From: Tagaea sp.
Lineage (GTDB): Bacteria; Pseudomonadota; Alphaproteobacteria; CACIAM-22H2
Length of the DNA stretch: 64,000 nucleotides
Direction of reading: 5' to 3'
Assembly (NCBI GenBank): GCA_044224405.1
Contig: JBGAKN010000003.1
Location: 213,658 to 277,657 of the forward strand
Every line of letters begins with the position of its first letter. The first letter of the stretch is position 1. Shown piece after piece: positions 60,782-64,000 of the stretch. The position numbers and the translations under genes are program-made. Under the pieces are notes generated by a model. That model was given only the letters and a program-made list of their open reading frames with translations. It ran no database searches and was not told the origin of the DNA.

Positions 60782-62001
60782 CGCGACCGGCGAACATCCT
60801 CTTCATCCATCAGAATTTCCCCGGCCAATACCTGCATCTGGCACCGGCGCTGGCTGCGCGCGGACACAAGGTGTGGTCGCTGTCGATCCGGCGAAACGCG
60901 CCGTTGCCGGGCGTGACGAGCGCGCTCTACGCGCCAGTGCGCGGCACGACGCGCGAGGCGCATCCCTGGGCGCAGGATTTCGAGACGAAGATCGTGCGCG
61001 GCGAGGCGTGCGCGCGCGCCATCGAGACGCTCGGGGCCAAGGGCTTCGTGCCGGACATCGTCTGCGCCAATCCGGGCTGGGGCGAATCCCTGTTCGTCAA
61101 GGACGTGCTGCCCGCAGCGCACCTGCATCTCTATCTCGAATATCTCTATCCCACGCGCGGCGGCGACGTCGGCTTCGATCCCGAATTCTCGCCCGACAAC
61201 GCGGCCACGCGCGCCCATGCGCGCGCCAAGCGTGCGGCGCAGCTGCTCGCGATCGACGCGATGGACAGCGCGGTCGCGCCGACGAACTGGCAGCGCGACA
61301 CGTTCCCCGAAACGATGCGCGAGCGCATCGACCTCTGCTTCGACGGCGTGGATACCGGGGTCGTCCGCCCCGATCCGGCCGCCGTGCTCGAGCATGGCGG
61401 GCGGACATTCCGGGCGGGCCAGCCGATCGTCACGTTCGTCAGCCGCAATCTCGAGCCCTATCGCGGTTTCCACACATTCATGCGTTCGCTGCCCAGGCTT
61501 CTCGCGGCCGTGCCGGACGCGCAGGTGCTGATTGTCGGTGGCGACGGCGTCAGCTACGGAAAGGCGCCTGCGGACGGCGTTTCCTTCCGCAAGCGCTTCG
61601 TCGACGAACTCGCCGGCCGCATCGACCTGTCGCGGGTCCATTTTCTCGGCACCGTCCCGTACCCGACCTTCGTGCGTGTGCTGCAGGTATCGGCCGCGCA
61701 CGCCTACCTCACCTATCCGTTCGTCCTGTCCTGGTCGATGGTCGAGGCGATGGCGGCGGGATGCCTGCTCGTCGGCTCGTCGACCGGGCCGGTCAAGGAA
61801 CTGGTCGAAGACGGCGTCAACGGCCGGCTGGTCGATTTCTTCGATCCCGACGCGCTCGCCGACACGCTGGCAAGCGCGCTGCGCGATCCGGCGGCGCACG
61901 CCGCCATGCGCGCGGCCGCGCGGCGCACGGCCGTCGAGCGTTACGACCTTGCCGCGTGCCTTGCCCGGCAGGTCGAACTCGTCGAATCCCGGATCGGGTG
62001 A
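60778..62001 (+). CDS. glycosyltransferase family 4 (GT-B)
   Basis: FIHQNFPGQY, GWGESLF, RNLEPYRGF, YLTYPFVLSWS, EAMAAG. Confidence 0.9.
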   Translation: MTRPANILFIHQNFPGQYLHLAPALAARGHKVWSLSIRRNAPLPGVTSALYAPVRGTTREAHPWAQDFETKIVRGEACARAIETLGAKGFVPDIVCANPGWGESLFVKDVLPAAHLHLYLEYLYPTRGGDVGFDPEFSPDNAATRAHARAKRAAQLLAIDAMDSAVAPTNWQRDTFPETMRERIDLCFDGVDTGVVRPDPAAVLEHGGRTFRAGQPIVTFVSRNLEPYRGFHTFMRSLPRLLAAVPDAQVLIVGGDGVSYGKAPADGVSFRKRFVDELAGRIDLSRVHFLGTVPYPTFVRVLQVSAAHAYLTYPFVLSWSMVEAMAAGCLLVGSSTGPVKELVEDGVNGRLVDFFDPDALADTLASALRDPAAHAAMRAAARRTAVERYDLAACLARQVELVESRIG

Positions 62002-62002
62002 T

Positions 62003-62734
62003 TCAGCCCCAGACCGGCGGCGGGGGAATGCTCGCAACGAGGCTCGACAGCCCGTCGGCATAGCGCCGGCGCAGCTCGTTCCAGTACGGGTCGTCCTTCT
62101 CCAGCGTGGCGAAGTTTCTGGCGGAGAAGCTGTCGGCTTCGTAGCGCAGCAGGTCGATGGGCGCATCGACCGAAAGATTGCTTCGCATCGTCGCGTCGAA
62201 CGAGAGCAGCGAGAGTTTGGCGGCCTCGCCCAGCGTGCTCGCCCCGGTCAGCGCACGGTCGAGGATCGGCTTGCCGTACTTGGTCTCGCCGAGCTGCAGG
62301 AAGCGCGAGCGGTCGGACGCCTCGACGAAGTTGCCGGCCGAGTAGATATGGAACAGCCGCGGCGGCTCGCCGAAGATCTGCCCACCGACGAGGAAGTTGC
62401 CGTTGGGGTCGCCGAAGGGCTGCACGAAGCTGCCGTCGCGCGCGAGAACCTCGCGAAGCTTCGTGCCCACCATCATCGCCACGTCGAACATCGTGTTGGC
62501 GGCGTGGATGTCCTGGCCGAACATGCCGGTCCCCGCGGTCTCGCGGAGCGCGCTGACGACGGCCTGCGTGGTGGCAAGGTTGCCCGCCGACAGGATCGCG
62601 ATCACGCGCCGCCCCGGCACCTCGAAGATCGCCAGCTTCTTGACCAGCGCCACCTGGTCGACGCCCGCGTTCGAGCGCGAGTCCGACGCGAGGACCAGCC
62701 CCGTCGGCAGTAGGATTCCAAGGCAGTACGTCAT
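62003..62734 (-). CDS. anbu: Anbu proteasome-type (Ntn) protease
   Basis: MTYCLG (Thr1 nucleophile), SDSRSNAGVD, GETKYGKPILDR, TMRSNLSV. Confidence 0.88.
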   Translation of the reverse strand: MTYCLGILLPTGLVLASDSRSNAGVDQVALVKKLAIFEVPGRRVIAILSAGNLATTQAVVSALRETAGTGMFGQDIHAANTMFDVAMMVGTKLREVLARDGSFVQPFGDPNGNFLVGGQIFGEPPRLFHIYSAGNFVEASDRSRFLQLGETKYGKPILDRALTGASTLGEAAKLSLLSFDATMRSNLSVDAPIDLLRYEADSFSARNFATLEKDDPYWNELRRRYADGLSSLVASIPPPPVWG

Positions 62735-62829
62735 CCGTTTCCCCCGATTCCGGTCGCGCCGGTTCACCCGAGCATCGACTTTGGCGGCGGAAGCTGCAAG
62801 TCTGTCGTTGATTTCCGGGAGGTAACGAC

Positions 62830-63762
62830 TTGACGCGCAAACTGGATCTCGCGGGGCTCGTCGCTTCCGTCCACGACGACATCCGCCCGCAGATCGGCAC
62901 CGGGCGCGTGGCCGACTATATCCCCGCCCTCGCACGCGTCGATCCGAACCATTTCGCCATCGCCATCGCCACCTGCACGGGCGAGACGGCGCAGGCCGGC
63001 GACGGCGAAGTGCCGTTCTCGATCCAGAGCGTCTCGAAGGTCTTCACGCTGACGCTGGCGCTGGGCCGCGTGGGCGACGCGCTGTGGCGCCGGGTCGGGC
63101 GCGAGCCGTCGGGCTCGCCGTTCAACTCGATCGTCCAGCTCGAACGCGAACTGGGCATCCCGCGCAATCCGCTGATCAACGCAGGTGCCCTCGTCGTCAC
63201 CGACACGATCCTCGCCGGACGCCGGCCCGAGATCGCCGTCGCCGAGATCCTCGCCTACCTGCGCGAGCTTTCCAACGACACGCGCGTGAGCGTCGACCGC
63301 GAGGTCGCGAAATCGGAGGCCGACACCGGCTTCCGCAACGCGAGCCTCGCCAATTTCATCCGCTCGTTCGGCAACATCACGAACCCGGTCGAAAGCGTGC
63401 TGGAGACCTATTTCAACCAGTGCGCCCTCAGCATGAACTGCCGGCAGCTCGCGTGCGCGGGCCTGTTCCTCGCCAATGGCGGCATCGATCCGGTCGGCGG
63501 GCAGCGCGTGGTCGACGCGCAGGCCGCAAGGCGCATCAACGCGATCATGATGACGTGCGGGCACTACGACGCGTCGGGCGATTTCGCGTTCCGCGTCGGC
63601 CTGCCGGGCAAGAGCGGCGTGGGCGGCGGCATCCTCGCCATCGCGCCCAAGCGCGCGTCGATCGCGGTGTGGGCGCCAGGGCTGAACGCCTCGGGCAACT
63701 CGCTGGTGGGCGCGCTGGCGCTCGAAAGCCTCGCGCGGCGCACCGGCTGGTCGGTCTTCTAG
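62830..63762 (+). CDS. glsA: glutaminase
   Basis: [42 protein letters not shown]. Confidence 0.93.
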   Translation: MTRKLDLAGLVASVHDDIRPQIGTGRVADYIPALARVDPNHFAIAIATCTGETAQAGDGEVPFSIQSVSKVFTLTLALGRVGDALWRRVGREPSGSPFNSIVQLERELGIPRNPLINAGALVVTDTILAGRRPEIAVAEILAYLRELSNDTRVSVDREVAKSEADTGFRNASLANFIRSFGNITNPVESVLETYFNQCALSMNCRQLACAGLFLANGGIDPVGGQRVVDAQAARRINAIMMTCGHYDASGDFAFRVGLPGKSGVGGGILAIAPKRASIAVWAPGLNASGNSLVGALALESLARRTGWSVF

Positions 63763-64000
63763 CTCCCGGTGCCGGGGCGGCGACGGAACGGAAAGACGGC
63801 GCGCAGATCCGCATCGCGCAGCCAGAGCCCGCCCCACATGAACAGGCCGAGATAGATGCTGAACAGCGTATGCGTGAACAGCGGATTCTCGACGCGCATC
63901 TGCGTGGCGATGGCGCCGCCCAGAAGGCCGGTCATCAACACCGCGCCAAGGATCGCCGTGCGCGGCACCAGATACAGCGCAAGACAGGCGAGCTCGATCA
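63759..64000 (-). CDS. DoxX family membrane protein, 5'-truncated by window edge
   Basis: [35 protein letters not shown]. Confidence 0.8.
   Translation of the reverse strand, partial: IELACLALYLVPRTAILGAVLMTGLLGGAIATQMRVENPLFTHTLFSIYLGLFMWGGLWLRDADLRAVFPFRRRPGTGS

Overview
High-GC, mostly core chromosomal segment of an alphaproteobacterium (Rhodospirillales/Acetobacterales-like synteny: pcm-tolC-popZ-valS, aapJQMP divergent from metC, imuABC). It has about 60 CDS and 5 tRNAs (Cys, Asn, Arg, Pro, Glu). Main modules: an SOS mutagenesis cassette with tandem LexA boxes, two tandem OmpA-family genes, a nudF-cysK-sseA cluster, a TPP-riboswitch-controlled NMT1/ThiY-type ABC importer, a hybrid histidine kinase, a TAXI-TRAP transporter, a form II cox (CODH-like molybdo-flavoenzyme) cluster with its own SufS/SufU pair, and an orphan Anbu protease divergent from glutaminase. 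No integrase, transposase, CRISPR array or rRNA was seen. Best novel candidate: a 47-aa ORF absent from the ORF track (10566-10709, minus strand) with its own intrinsic terminator, divergent from the LexA-controlled imuABC promoter, whose C-terminal half closely resembles the client-binding N-terminal helix of the PopZ encoded 6 kb away. Other leads: an iteron/operator-like ACAGGTTAC repeat array (45238-45316), an HDAC-family amidohydrolase head-to-head with the thiamine-salvage importer, and very long polyproline runs in PopZ. All family assignments come from motif recognition by eye; no database search was run.
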